The notes under the pieces are model-generated. The model did no database searches, had not been told where the DNA came from, and was given only the letters and a program-made list of their open reading frames with translations. The position numbers and the translations under genes were made by a program. Positions 21,501 through 36,500 of a stretch of 64,000 nt of DNA are shown here, piece after piece (the stretch's first letter is position 1; every line of letters starts with the position of its first letter). Location: positions 186,001 through 250,000 of the forward strand of contig CDMY01000255.1 of NCBI GenBank assembly GCA_001179505.1, given 5' to 3'. This stretch comes from Vitrella brassicaformis CCMP3155 (taxonomy: Eukaryota > Protista > Chromerida).

Positions 21501-24500
21501 TCTGTCGCGTCACGCGCAGCAGCTTGGCCAGCGCTGACGTGTCGTCAAAGAGAAGCGTCAAGTCGCTCAGCGTCGAGTCATACGGGGTCGCCACGGGACA
21601 GTAGAAGCCAAACGGACATCGCTCTCGAGTCCTTATGGAAGAAACAATGGGAGCCAAGTGAAAGGGTGTGTAAACGACAGGGCAGCGACGACAGTGTCTA
21701 ACCTGAAGGATTCTGATGTCTTGTTCCGGCAGAAGAAGCCCTCTGGGCATAGGTTGCGGTACATGGCCTCCATGGTCGTCGACGGACCGCAGTAGAACCC
21801 AGACACACACTCCCTGTCCGTCTGAAAGATGGAAACCCAGGACGCATCACATACCCAGACAGGCATGACTGACACATTCGTAGCCCCCCTTTCTGATCTT
21901 GCGCCGTGTCCCTACCTGTGACTCCGGCGTGGTGGCTTCGCCGCAGACATATCCCTCGGGGCAGGCCTCCGAGAAGGTGAGATTCCCCGTCAGAGATGGG
22001 CACACTCTGCCAGAGGGGCACGGGTCACAGGCGGTGTCATCCACCGTCCCCCGCCATGGCGCCCAGCTCCCCTTCTCACACGCACGACATGACACGTCGG
22101 ACGTCCCGCCGCGGCGCCACTTGCCTACACATGAATCAGTCAAGCGTCGTGTGTATTGGGGTATCGATCCACCCACTGTCTGGCCTGCGTTGTCTTACCG
22201 GGTTCACAGATGTAAGGCGTGGTTGTTCCGAAGTCGGGACACGAGAAGCCAGGTGGGCAGTCGAGACACTCGAAACTGCCCTCACTGGGCGAGTACTCAC
22301 CCGGGAAGCATGTGGTGCCCCGTAGCCGACCCTCTTCGTCCACGATGGTCCCCGTGCCGGCCGGAATGGGCACTGCCGTCCCCGGCGGGCATATCGTGCC
22401 CACGGGACACAGGTCTGTGCCACCAGATGAGTTGGCGCGCGGCTGACAGAATGTGCCAGTCATGCATTGGTGAGGGGCCTTGAGGGACAGCGGGTCGGTG
22501 AAGTCGATGAACAGGGGCTCGTCTCCGTCTGTCGTGTTGAGCTGCAGACGGCGGACAGGAACGGAGGGAGCGAGGCCCTCGCGGTCGAAAGCAGAGAATG
22601 GCACTCGGTAGTAGTAGGGCATGCGGAGGCCTGAAGAAGCCATGCTTGTCAGAAACGACAGCCACCCGGTGTGCACTTGGGGGTCGAGGCTGCGGCTGCT
22701 GTCGAACGGATTCTCAAGACGCTGGAATATCGACGCGATCCGTGACGCAAGAGAAGATGAAGCGCCTTGATTGTCCGCTGGCTCGTCACGCTGGACAAGC
22801 CGCCTCCCTGCCACAGGGCTGGGGGCGAGAGCGAACCCCCAGAGACTGAAATCCGTCGCCACGACCCCTCCCACGCCACTGGTTGTAAGATTGACGTAGT
22901 TCTGCAACATCAACTCAGCATTGGGCACCAGGAAGATCGGCACAGGCTGCTTCGTGATCCCCTCCATGGGCAGCTCTCGCAGTCGCCTCGCCGCACCCCC
23001 ACCTGACCCCGTGGTCTCGTTGAAGGGTAGGTCGACCTCCCTCGTCGAGTAGAAGTAGAGGCACGTGCCAGCGTCGCAGTACATGGCCTCGCGACATGGC
23101 TGTGGGCGCGTCCAGAAGGTCAGCGAGTCGACGAGGTAGAGCAGGCGGGATCGCACCTCGGGTATGTGTACGTGGTAGTCGAGTCGCCATGACTCGTCAT
23201 CTGTGTTGATCATCTCGAGGCCGTCCATCCCAGGGGATTCCATGCGGGACAGCCGGTACGCGAGCCGCTGCAGGCTCAGGCCGTGAAGAGTAGTGTACGG
23301 ATCCTTCAGATACGTCCCCGCCTCCTCGTCTAGAAGGCGCTGAACCTTCGCCCTGTTCCAACAGCATGCTCCCGTGAAGAGGTCCTTCCACGACGTGCCC
23401 GCGGGCCTCGGAATCCGCCAAATGGCGCTCAGCCTGTCCACGAGATCGGTGCGGGAGAAGGGGACGTAGTACATGTCGATGGACGAGTCACAGACAGCAG
23501 CTATCACAATGGGATCGCCCAGCTCCAACTGATCGATGGATGCACATACAGAAAACACGTATGAGTGCAGAGGTGCTTAAACACCGGGCCGTCTTTCATC
23601 GCTTACGCGTGTGATGTTATCGACGGACAGCGGGATCGGAACACACAGCGATGGCTCGTGCTTGGATGCAGTGCCGACCCCGCACCTCAACCCAGAGGGA
23701 CATAGCTTGGATGGCGCCTTGGTGCCCCTCTCTTCACAGAGATAGCCACACGGACACGGTAGCGGCTTGAGCATCCTCTCATGCGGACAGATGCCACCCT
23801 CAAAGCACTCGGTGCAGTTCCACTGCCCGGACTTGGCGCTGAACGTCCCGGCAGGGCATGACCGAGGCTCCAGGTTACCGGGTGTGGGGCCGCACATGTA
23901 GCGACTGCTACATGGGATGCCGGGGTGTCGAGGGGTGGGGCAGTAGAAGCCCAACGGACAGCCGCCCACGCCCTGTGGCTTGAACGAACCCGCCGGGCAG
24001 AAGAAGCCCTGGAAGCACGGCTGAGGAGTTGAGTAGTTGCCCGGCCGCGACACCCCCGAGACGGCCCCAGGCCAGCAGTGCAGACCGGTGGGGCAGCGGA
24101 GCGGCCTGCGCCCGTCCTTGAAGCGTGTGACAACAGCGTCGGCCGTGGCGGTTCCCTCCAGGCAGTAGTTGCCTCCCGGGCAGGGCTTGTAGGGCACTGT
24201 CAGGCCCCACTCGTCACACACCCAGCCTGCCTCGCATGGGAACGGGTGGGCCATTCGTGTGTGAGGGCAGACGTGGCCGGGGGGGCATGGGCGACACTGC
24301 TGCTGCCCCTCCAGTGGCTGGTATGTGCCTGATGGGCATGGGATGGCGTCAGTGTTGCCTTGGCCCTCGCAGTGGTGGCCTGGTGGGCAGCGGGTGATGG
24401 GGCCGACACCCCTAGGGCAGTAGTGGCCGCCGGGACACGTGGCGAGGAGCTTGATATGCACGTAAGAGTCCGACCAGTCCACCCCGTTGAGCGTCACTCG

Positions 24501-27500
24501 GACCTGAACACACAAACAGGGCAGGGTATGGATAGTCGATACTCGCAGCTTGCCTCCTTTATCCACCCGTCGTACCTTAGCATCTCCCAGGCTGTTGGAT
24601 GCGGCTCCCAGCACTTTGGGCACCACACAGGCCACCTCCGTGGAGCTCATGTACACCAGCTTGGAAGACGATACCCACTCGAACGAACACGCCGCAGCCG
24701 TCGTGTTGATGAAGCCCGTCCCTCGGACAATCACCAGGCCCCCTCCCTTGTTGAGAGCCACCGGCGGCGTCACGTGGCTCAACAACACCTCCGGATGGAA
24801 GGTCACGAAGGTTAGCAGGCTGTCGAGGTGGAAGTCATCGGGATGCCACGCCGTCACACCCTCTGGCGAGTAGTTCTGGTCGTTGTTCGACACGAAGATG
24901 GGCACGCGAGTGACAGTCCGCGCGGCCACCGATGCTGAGCTCAGCCTGGGCGTGTAGGTGTGAATCTCTGTGTCGCTCGCCCATATGGCAGGCCGGTACA
25001 TGTCGGACGGTGCTGTGCTGCCTGGGGGCCAGAAGCGCACCTTCATGTAAGCCGAGTTGTGGAAGCCAGTGCCGGTGATCTTGAGCGTGGTGGTGCTGCC
25101 CATGGGCACCAGGTCGGGAGTGACGCTGGTGATCTCTGGGGGGTCGTAGTAGAGGAACTTCTGCGATGTGTCGACCTCGTCCTGCTGGTTGAGAGACACC
25201 TGCAGGGGTTGCTCGCCGGGAGACGACTGCGGGGGCGACACACAGCGGAGGCTGCGACCGTCTTGCCGTATAGCTGTGACCCGTTTGCCACCAAAGACGC
25301 ATTGTAAGAGCTCCTCTGCTGCTGCAGGGAAGTAGTCCTTGCCCAGCACGATCTTGGCCGGGACCGATACGACCACCTCAATGCCGCCCGATGTTGGGCC
25401 GAGGTATGGGTCGATCTGCAGCGCCACGCCTGCCGTGACGAAGTCATACTCCACAGTGGTGGCGACGAAGTTCTGTCCGTTGTTGGCGACAGAGACGGTC
25501 ACGGTGCCTGGGAAGTGCTTGGGTGTCTTGCATAGGATGAGGTTGGAAGATATGAAGCGGTGGATGGGCACGGTGGTCACGTTGAAGCGGCACATGAATT
25601 TGGGGTCGTCGATGAAGTGCGCGCCCTCCACCTGCACAACCGTGCCGCCCTCCATCGTGCCGAACGGGGGTGTCACTCGCGCGATGGACGGAGTGAGATA
25701 GTAATGGTACTGCAGGTGGGTGCCTCCGGGGCCGATGGGGAGCACGTTCTGCCCGTCGCTCGACAGCGCAAACTGCACGTACTGCGGAAGGTTGACGGAT
25801 GGGGCCGTGCATGTGATGAGGGTGTCGTTGATCCATGCCATGACGGCATACGTCGTCGCGAAGACGCATTGAGTGAGGCGGCTGTTGCGGAACACCGCCC
25901 CGGTGGTTGAGTCGGCGTACAACGATACAAGAGTGCCGCCGGTGAGGGGACCAGAGAGTGGCTCAGCCAACTCGACATCGAAGTCCTGAAACGAGCACAT
26001 AGCATAGAGGCGTGAACTTACTTGGCTGTCGCTTTTGTCGGTTTCGTATCGTTTCCCCTCACCGGTTGTCTGTAGTAGAAGATGTGTGTGAGCAGGCCTC
26101 GATCGAGATTCTGAATCGTCCCGCCGGAGATCAGACGCAAGTAAAACACCACGTAGGTCTCCGCGGCAGGCACATTCGCCGGCACCACACACGTCAGCTC
26201 CGTCTCCGAGATGACTGTGGTGGGCACCTCATTGGGCCCAAACACACAGGCGATGGTCCACGGAGGGATCGACACAGGCAGCCCATAGGTCTGGCCGTAC
26301 ACCGTGACCACTGTGCCCCCATCGGCGGGGCCCTCGCGCGGCTCGATGGCTGTCACCTCGGGAGCCGCCACGAAACTGATGAGAGGCCCTGACACGAAGT
26401 CTCTCGTGTTGAGCGACAGCTGGATGGTGGTCGTGGCACCGAATCGCGCGATGTCCCATGCAGGCGTCGGGCAGTTCACAGTCGTCGAGTTGTCCACCGT
26501 TGCGGGGGTCAGGTACGCCGCCCCGTCACGGAACTTGCATTGAGTGATGAATGAGCCGAAGTTGGATCCGCGCACTGCCACATTGGCCCCTCCAAAGTCG
26601 AAGACGACACTCGGCTCGACCGTCTCGACAACCACTGCTCGATGGAAGGTGTACTCGACTGCCGGCCCAGCCCCGCTGGCGAGGTAGTCAGCGCCGTTGA
26701 CCGTGACGTACATTGTGCGTGGGGTAGCACTCCATGGCAGTGGGGGTGTGGTGCACAGCAGCAGGTTGGGCTGGATGAGCGCGGCCGCATCGGAATACAC
26801 GCCACGACCGATGCCGTCGGGGTCCGGCCCGAACCGACATCTGAGTGAGGGGGTCTGTCGGAAGTTGTGGCCGCTGACGAGCACGAGAGTGCCTCCTGTC
26901 TCAGGACCCTCGATGGGGTCAACAGATGTTACGTTCCAGGGCTCCACGTACCTAAAGGAAATGGGCGCAACGACCAGTGGACAGCATGCAATGTGGGTGG
27001 GTGTTTTTGTGTTGCTCTTACGTGAAGTATTTGCCCGAGTTGAAGAAGCACCGCTCGTCCCCCTGCGTGAGGGCCACTTGCACGCGAACCTCAGCTGACG
27101 TGGGCGAAGGGGGACTGGCGCATTCATACCGCGATAAGCCATCGGCCGATGGAGGAAGCAGCGTGGCGGCTGTCGTCTCTGTGTCAAAGCAGCAATCGAC
27201 CGCGGCCAATGAATCCACATACGCTACGCTCGACACGGTCATGACGATGGTGGTGTTGCCGGCGATTGGGCCGAAGTCAGGTACGACTGATTCCACGAGC
27301 ATCGGTGACCCAAAGAGCACTTTAGCGGGAGTGTGCACCCAGTCGTGGCCGTCGTTGAAGGAGAGTGTCAGGTCAGCCTCATACGACATGCTGCTCCCTG
27401 CATAGACGTGCCGCGGAGTCACACACTCCACGATAGACGTGTTGACATGGCGTCCCTCCGACACGTACTCCGCGTCAAACCGACAAAGCGGTGGGGGCAA

Positions 27501-30500
27501 AACCGCCGAAAGGTCCGGGTACTTGCCGATGACGCTCAGAAGCGATCCACCAGTCATCGGGACGCTTGCTGGTGTGACCGAGTCGATGAAGGGGTTGCTG
27601 TAGAAGGTGAAGTCGGCACCATCACACGGACCGATCGGTGCTGCTTCTCCTCGCACCACTGCCCGCAGACACGCTGGCGTGAGCGATGGGTCCCCTCCCG
27701 GCGACGTGCAGAGCAGCTCGTTGAATGTCGTCACCAAGGCCGGCACCCGAAGGGCACCGAAGACGCAGTCGAATGCACCTCCCCATGGCAGAATGGACAG
27801 CAACACGCGCACCTTTGTCCCTCCGCCTGCCGGTCCATGTGTGGGGATCGTCTGGACGACCTCGAATGAGGGCATGTAGCGGAAGGGCAATGGAGCCGTC
27901 TCGATTGTTGACCGCCCGCTGCGGAACAGCAGCCGAAGGGGTACGTCCTGAGCGGTGGCAGCTGCTGGCGATGGGCAGGTCACGGTTGTGCCTGTTGCCC
28001 CGGTGGCCGACACGAGGGCAGTGCCGAAGAGGCACCACACAGCCTGGTTGCCGCGGAAGTCGGTGATAGATGAGGGCAGGTCAGTGCCGGCAACAACCAC
28101 GGATGTGCCTCCGCTGAGCCATCCCGACAAAGGCGATATGGCGGTCACGGTGAGTCGCGTCTTGAGGGGGTCGGCGACCAGAGGGGCCGACATGTCGTGG
28201 ATGAGGTTGAGGGGCGTCTGCCACGGATGGACAAGAGATACCGACATGCGCTCAGTTGCCACGTCAGACGTATCCACAAGGCTCGAAGGGACGGCACAGG
28301 CGACGCGTGTGTCGGAGAGGATGGACGCCGTGACGATGGACGCCCCGCACGCAGCGTCCATGCAGACAAGGGCGCACATGAGTCCGCCTCCCTCGAACCG
28401 GCTGAATCCCGCACCGCCCACGACGATGGCAGTGGAGTAGGGGGCGCCCAGCCACACACTCGACGATGGGACCGTGAGCGCATCCGTAGCTACAACGGTG
28501 CTCTCCAGGCTTGACATAGAGTAGCTCGTCACAACGGTGAAGCTAAGCTTATTGGACGCCGTCGCTCCCCCGTTGATGCTGACCGACACCTGCGCGCTGC
28601 CTGGCGGGAGACTGTCGGGTGTGGGACACGTGACGACAAAGGCGGTCTGGTACTCGGCTGTTGTGGAGACCACAGCGGGCATGAGAGGGTTGCTGGACTC
28701 GAACAGACACACTAGCTGGGCTGAGGGGAAGAAGCGGCCTCCCCTCACCTCCATGGCCACCCCTCCGATGTCGGTGACTTGTGTGGGGGTGATGGTGGCG
28801 ATCGTGGGCTCAATGAAGACGCGAACGGGTTTGGCCTCGAGGTCCAGCCACACGGGGTGGGGGACGGCCGCCGTCATGTACAGGAAATCAATACCCTCAT
28901 GAGGCAATAGCGGACTCGTACACGTAAGGGTGTTCGAATCCACGAAGAGCGCGGCCGCACTCAAACTGACAGAAAGGGGACAGCCAAAAACAGGAGTATC
29001 ACGGACAGGAAGTGTAGACTTGGTTGTGTGTGTGGCCTACCTTGCAGAGTAGAAGTGGCATGTGATGGTGGATGCCTGGTTGAGGTCAACGAAGCTCCCT
29101 GTGATTGTAATGGGCACAGCCTGCCCCACGGGGATCTGATCCGGCGTCACCTCCGCCACCGACCACCCCTGACGACTCGTCCGCACGGCGCCCGCCCAGC
29201 CCGGCTGAGACAAGGCACTTCCGCCTTCCTTGACGCCCACGTACACATCCACGTTTCGGTCGGTGCCGTCTGGGACCAGCACACACTCAATTGTCGTGTT
29301 GCTGGTCTGCACAGCCGGCAAGACCTCGAGGGCGCTGTAAGGTCCGCCCACCTTGGTCAGCAATCCCGTGCGGTCGACCATGCAGACGGGGGCCACGTCG
29401 ATGTGGATGGTGGAGTTGCCGCCCTCCAGAGTGACGAGACTTGGGGTGCTGATGGACACCTTCGCTGACGTGGGCTGCACTCCGACAACCGGGGCACTGA
29501 TGGCTGTGACGACGCTCCTCGCATGAGTGGGTGAGAGAGCAGTATCCGACAGCCCTATTTGGACAAAGCCCCGTTCAGCCACGAGCGTCGCCGTTGCTGT
29601 GTGGTCGAGCATTGCGAGAGGGCAGAAGACCTCGTTGCTGCTCACATACGTGGCGGGCACACTCCCAAGCAGCAACGACGATGCGTATGATCGCACGTAG
29701 CAGCGCAGAGGGTGTGTGCCATGGAAGTGGGTGCCCCTCACGCTCAGCGGCATGAGGCTCCGCTCCACAACCACAGGCGGATGCGCCACCTCGACCGCTG
29801 GGGTCGTGACGAACTTGAAATGTGCGGTAGCGAGCACATGGAGCCACCCGTCGATGATCAGATACAAAGGCACCTCGCCCACCGTCACGGGATAGCTGGG
29901 AGCGATGCACTCAAACTCCTCGGCAGCGTCAGGGCCCTCAAGGCCGATCCCTGCTTGCAGCACTCGCGTCGCAACCACGTCAGCCGCATCAGCAAAGCGG
30001 CAGTGGACAGTGAGGCCAGCGTCCACCACGGGTGAGAATCGGAAGCCCATAACCGTGACAGTCTGCCCGGTGGTGTCGGCCGCTGCCACCAGGGGCGAGA
30101 CGGCCTTGACGAAAGGCATGTCGAGGAAGGTGAAGGGAAGCGACGCCACATGGAGATCGCCAGCCGGGCCCTCGGGGATGATGGACAGGGTCGTCACACC
30201 TGGGGCGTATCGCGGCGTCAGGCACTGCAGCTGGGTCGCACTTAGCCGCTCTGCGGGATGGAGTAGTGCCGACCCGAAGTGACACGACAGAAGGCGGTCG
30301 TCGGGCAGATAGATGGCCTTCACCAGAACGACAGTGGGGCTCGCCACGGGGGCCCATGCCGGCGAGACCGATGCAAGGGAGAGGGCAGGGACCACGGTGA
30401 TGGTCATTGCCGCCGCGTCTCGCTGAAGGGTGTAGGTCTCATCTTGCATGTGATGCTCCAGGCTGACGTCATAGGTTCCCGGCGCAAGGTTGGCTGGCGA

Positions 30501-33500
30501 GCTGCACGTGACTGATGTCCGGCTCACTGCCGTTGCATACGTCGTTTGCTGGGACGCGTCGATGATGTGGGTGAATCGACAGGCGATGCTGAAGAGGTCA
30601 GCGAAGTCGCCCCCAGTAATCGTGTGCAGCGTGGGGATGCCCTCGTAAGCCTCTCGTGGGCGGATCGTCGCCGCCATGGCGGCCGTGCCGCCCTCGCCGT
30701 ACACACGCACTGTCAGCATGGTTTCCCGGTAGGCCCGGCCGCCGTCGAAAGACACCAAGAGAGCCAGGACCCGCCCGGCATAGCTAGTAGATGACGGCGC
30801 GGGGCAGACCACCGAGGTCACTGTGTAGGTCGTTGCAGCTGTCGTCTCAGTGTGGCTGTTGGGGAGCCGGCCGTCTGTGCTCGTCAGGGCGTCCAGCCTG
30901 CCTTCCATCGCCACCCACCCGCACACGACGTCGGCCGCATCGAAGGAGGGCATGCTGCTGTACTTGCCGTGGATCGTCACGGGCTCACTTAGCGCTACCA
31001 CACGCGGCAGTGCGTCTTGGAAGAAAGGTGGGGGCTGCAGGGTGAAGGTGCCGGCAGATGTTGCGAAAGCCGCCCAATCGTCGAAGTCCGTTGGCGTGTC
31101 CGGAATGATCGCAGCTGTGACATCAGCCGATGAGGCAGAGAGGGATGTGGGTATGGAAGGGCACAGGAGACGACCACTTGCCAGCAGCAAGGCTGGAACG
31201 AACGCGTCGAGACCTGCAGAATGAGATAATCCAGAATGAGCCTCGTCTTTGCCCCTCTGTCTTGCTTGTTTACCGAGTCCGAATGCACATTTGAGGTTGG
31301 GCGCGACGGGCAAGTTGGGCGACACACCCAGCGACACCACCGCCTGCGCACCTCTTGGCACCGAGGGAGGGTTCACATCTCCCACCTGGAAGGGCGGCAC
31401 GATCGTCACCGTCAATGACTCTGCCGCATGCCGATCTCCGCCGTCCATCGACACCGTCAGGGCGTACTGCACAGACGACGCCGACCCGAAGACCAAGCGG
31501 TCAATGGGGAGGCGACACGCCACCTGGTCCGAGTCGAGTAGGTAGGCGTTTGGCGGCCCCTCGTCAATGCTGGTGCCCCATCGGCATCGCACGTGGAAGG
31601 TCGACACGAAATGGCGCCCCTTGACGACCACAATCGGCACCCGGTGGTCCTGGGTCGGCCACGCAACGATAGGCGGCAACAAAGCCCATGCTTGCGGCAG
31701 GTGGGCTGCTGCACGGACGTGTGTGGCGACGAAGCCGCCATCCTGCTGCTCGTTGAAGGTGCCGGACTGCCTCAGCCGCACACTCAAGCGCACCATCGGC
31801 ACAGATGGGTCCAAGGCAGTCGACTCCTTCAACGCGAGGAGGGCTGCGGCTGACGCTGTCACCGTGTCTGCCGGCGTCCATGTGGGCGTCAGCTCGACTG
31901 TGACGTGTCCGAATGCGGCGGTGTCTTCAAATCCCACGATAAGGGAGAGAGGCAGGGTGGCCATGTCTCCAGACTGGGGCGATGCAAAGGTGATGACGAT
32001 GTCTGGGATGCTGGCCGGGCTGTCCGAAACTGAGGGAAGAGTCAGCACGGCGGGCGTTGTGCTTTGGATGACAGCGGGCGCTAGAATGCTGACGAGAGGC
32101 AGCTCGGTGTCCGCAATGGCCCCGTCGATGCGCAGAGTCACGTTGGCCGACCAGCCTGTCGTCATATCGCCAGTCCAGCACTGCAGCGTCTCAGTATCCA
32201 TCACGAGCACCCCCATGCTGCCGTTAGTCGACATTCCAGGCGGGCTCCCAGTCGGGGGCATCAGCAGACACGTCGTGTCGGCACTGCCCTGGATCGCCAC
32301 ATCCACGCCAGTGCTCTTCAGCGTCAAGGGGAAGCCACGGGTGACGGGGAAGCTCATCGGAATCGCAGAAGTGACCGCCACGGTCCTGAGCATTTCGATG
32401 TCGTACAAGTAGGTGGGCACCTGCAGGCTGTTGGGCGCCAGGCCGAGGAGCCACGTGCCAGGCGGGACGCCGGAGGGCATCATGCAGGCGACGAGACCCG
32501 TACACGCGTCCGCCTCCACAGCTCTGATCCAGTATTCTGTCCCGCCGATAGAATGCCGCAGGTAGCACAACACAGTTGACGAATGGAATCCCGCGCCATC
32601 AAATTGCAGCCGCTGTCCTGGCAGGACGTGGTCAAATAGGGGATGGCCCGCCGATGCAGCCCCGGCCAAGATGACGGCCTCCGGCTGCAGACGAAGCTGA
32701 AAGTGCGTCGGGCTGGCTGCGTCGGTGGCCATCGAGAGCGACAGAGTGGCCCAAAATGACGAGCCTCGGGGGACCGTGGGCAGGGGTGATGGACACGTCA
32801 TCGCGTTGGGTGAGGAGACTGATGCAGGCGTCTGCATCTCAATCAGCGGGATGTCGAGAGGGTCCTCTGTCGGGTCTTGAGCGATCGTCCAGTGGCACTC
32901 GGGCGACGCCGCTGCCGTGTCAAAGAAGTGCCCCGACAGCTGCAGCGTCACGACCTGCTCCAAGCTTGCTACGATGGGCTCCACCGCTGTGAGGATGGGC
33001 GAGCGCACTGTCTCAAGCCGTCCCGGACTCTTGACCACAAGATTGGACTCAGACCGAAGCTCCACGTTGAAGATGTGCGCCTCGGTGACGGCGGCCGGAA
33101 ACACGCACGCCACCCGGTCTTGACTGAGGCGGAGGCCGGTCGACCGCACCACTTGTGCCGACGATGAGGTGGCTGGTGAGGGCAGGAAGAGACACCTGAC
33201 ATCTCTGTCGCGAGGAAACGCCGCCGTCTGTATTTGAAGGGTCTGTTGCATCAGTGGCGAAGTCTTATCCGACAGCAAGGCCACCAGGCTAGGCCTCACA
33301 TTCACCTCCAGGCGGACATCGCTGTCAGCCCCCACCCACCCCTCCAGCACGTTCGACACCTCGACGACGTGGCTGCCGGGGGCCGTCAGTCCGTCCGGCT
33401 CACAGAGCATAGCCGTGCCTGTGATGTGGACCACAGTGCCTTCCATACCCCCGATGCGGCAGCGCACCATGTGTGAGGGTCGGAAGAGCCCCTCGACGCT

Positions 33501-36500
33501 GATGGGTGGCGATGCGGCGGACGTCGAGCCAGACGCGTACGTGTGGAGAGGGAAGCCGACTGCCATGACAGTTGCCGGGGCGACGAAAGTGAATGGGATA
33601 GATGTGAGGGAACCATGGAATTGGTCGAGCAGAACCTGTAGCTGACAGGTCACATGCCTTCCCTCGCCCATGGCTGAGGTGGGAAGAGGCGGTGAGGTGC
33701 AGGACACGCTGCTCGGAGCACCAACACTCAGGGTTGCCGATGTGTCCGCCAGCGTGTAGGGGAAGCTCCTCTTGAACCCCTGGAGGGCGTCAGTGACACT
33801 TCCGACAACGCACTCAGTGAAGCGGCACACAGGCTGCAGCGCCGCCACGATGGCCGCAGAGACGCCGGCAAGACCCTCCACGGAAATGGTCAAGAGCGTG
33901 GGACTGTCCATCGGCACAGGCGAGGGCTCGATTGTCACGAGAGCGAACCTCGGCAGCACCACCAGCTGCACACCTCCACTTGCATCTGTCAGAGCGCTCG
34001 CCCAGCTGTTTGCAGGTCTCCCATTGATGGCCCACCTTGCTGTCGCCAATGCCCCTCGCCGCACCTCGATCGGCTGTGACGGACTGCAGAAGAGCTGCAA
34101 TGTGCGACTTCCAGCCGAGCTCAGGTCGATACTCATGACGGCGGGGAAGCGCTGCAGCATGTCCGCGACATCACACCAGGTGGGGTGGCTGCCGGTGGCG
34201 AGGGCTTCACTCGCAGCATCCAGGCGAGACGTGGTTGTCGTGAGAGCCAGAGAGGTCGGCAAGAACGGGTTGGTCGCCGACGGGCTGCCGTCAGCCGAGA
34301 CCAACGAGACTCGAGAGGGGAAGAAGAGAGGTATGTCCCCAGTCGTCGACAAGCCGGCGAAAGTGACCGACAGGAAGGCGATGGAGTGCTCTACGGGCAG
34401 GTGTGAAGGGAAACGGCACAGCAGCTCCGTGTCGGAAATGACAAAGCTCTCCAGCTCAAGTAACCCTGTGGCCTCATCCATCCACCTCAGTCGGCACACG
34501 AGGGCGGCGCGGCCCGCCAATGCTGTGAGACGGGTTTGTGGCGAGAAGGTCACCGTGATGATCGCTGGCTGATCGATCGGTGACGGGACGATCACAGGCT
34601 CCACTGAGAGGGGCGTGGGTAGATCCGCCGCAAGCAGGAAATATGGTGCCGTGAGGATGCTCCTGGTGTGGCCGAGGGCCTCCTCATATCCAGCTGGGCT
34701 TTTCGCCTGCAGCACCAAGGCCACCTCCGCAACGCTGAAGAACTCATCAACTTGAGCCAGCAGAGCAGTCTCTTGCGCCAGAGTGCATTCAACGCGTTGC
34801 GATGACTGAAGGCGTGTCTCGAGGACCAGCTGGTCGCCGGCAGGAAGCAACACGGGGTCGTTGATTACCGCAGATGTGTCGCTGTCGGCCGACGACACCA
34901 TCCTCACCAGAGCACACTCGACAGGCAGCTGTGCGTCTGTTGCGAAGTCCCTCCCTTTCACCACGGCATCTAAGCCTGACCCACGGATCCACACATCCGG
35001 CGTGACCGTCTCCAGTGTGGGCGAAGGCAGCACGTCGATCGCTGTGACATCCACGAGAGGGTTGTCGTCCACTCTGAGGAACAGCTTGACTGTCTGGCCT
35101 GCCGTCGCGTAGCCGGGACACAGGCAGCTCACGACGGTCGGGCTCTGGTGCACGGCGGGCACTGTGTGGGCATCGAGAGGGTCGGGGGACTCCGTGACGA
35201 ACAGACACGAGAGGTGGTGGCGATGCAACGTGACGCTGTTTCCATCTGCCGATACGATCTGGATCAGCTGGAAGGGGCCTCCGAGAGTGAAGCACACCGG
35301 CGAAGAGAGCAGGGTGGCCGTTAGTTGAGGTGCCACTGCATACGCCAGAGCATTGGCTGACAGCTGCCCTGCTGCATTCTGCACATGGACGGACACGGCG
35401 GAGAAGAGGTGGCCGATGGCTGGGATGGTGGGAGCATAGCACGCCACACTCGATCCAGACACCGACAAAGGCGCCACCACCTGCACGCCGTCAAAGACGC
35501 ACGCCAGGTCTGCCGAGGACCGGAAGCCCGTCCCGCTGACACGAATAAGAGGCCCTCCTGTCTCTCTGCCTCCCGCCGGCAACACAGACGCCAAGACGGG
35601 CGGCGAATGGACGGTCAATTGGTAGTGTTGAGAGACGGCGGGGCTTTCAGTGTCGACCAGCTGCACGAGACAGGCCGATCCGTCCAGCTGCGGCTGTGAG
35701 ATAGACGGGGCGTCGCACCGCAAGTGCTCCGAGTCGACGTAGGTGATGTCACTCGTCACGTGTCTGTAGTCGTCGAGATTGCCGTCAGGTCCCGGGACAG
35801 AGAATCGGCACTTGAGCGTGTCGGTGAAATAGTGACCCCACACATCCAGCTGCTGTACGCGTGTCGCTGCGGCACCCTGCTGAAGCGGCAGCTCAGGGGG
35901 GCTCACCACCAATATGACGGGCGACTCGACAAACGTGAGGCTCAAGCCCGTCGTGTGGAAGGCAGCTCCCAGCCCGAACGCCACGCTGATGGCGAGGACG
36001 CCAGGTCCGGACACCTCAGGCGAGAAGAACCGCACGGCAGTTGAGTTGACGCACAGGGCAGAGGCGGACACGGTGGTGAGGTCGACGTGTATGTCGCTCG
36101 AGCAGGGAATGTTGACCCCGTGGAGTGTGACGAGACTTGCCGAGGCAACCGGCACCGTCATGGGGGCGAGTCGGGTGAAGCGGACAGCCTCGTAGCGGTA
36201 GAGCGCCACCATTCGTTGGGATGCATCCGTCACCCACTGATCTCCATTTGGCGACACGTCGACTGCACATTCGGGCTCCAGCTGCTGATCCAGCAGATTA
36301 TTCGCCGCCAGCGGTGTGTCCTGCTCCCACCAGCACATGGCCACCTGCACGCCAGCGGCGTCACTCGCTGCCGTCCCCCGCCATATGCCTTGAAGAACCA
36401 GGTCATCGGCCAGGCTCCCACTCCTGTCACATCTCAACCGACACAGCGGAGCCGCAGCGGTCCATGAGCCCGCTCCTGCCAGCGTCATGAGGACGCCGAT

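Noticed and set aside
15551-24450. Naming the giant gene as a CRMP, PKD1 or PKHD1 orthologue
   Set aside because: Only the architectural logic is similar. I see no Kringle, GPS/REJ, PLAT or G8/PbH1 domains, so no symbol is given.
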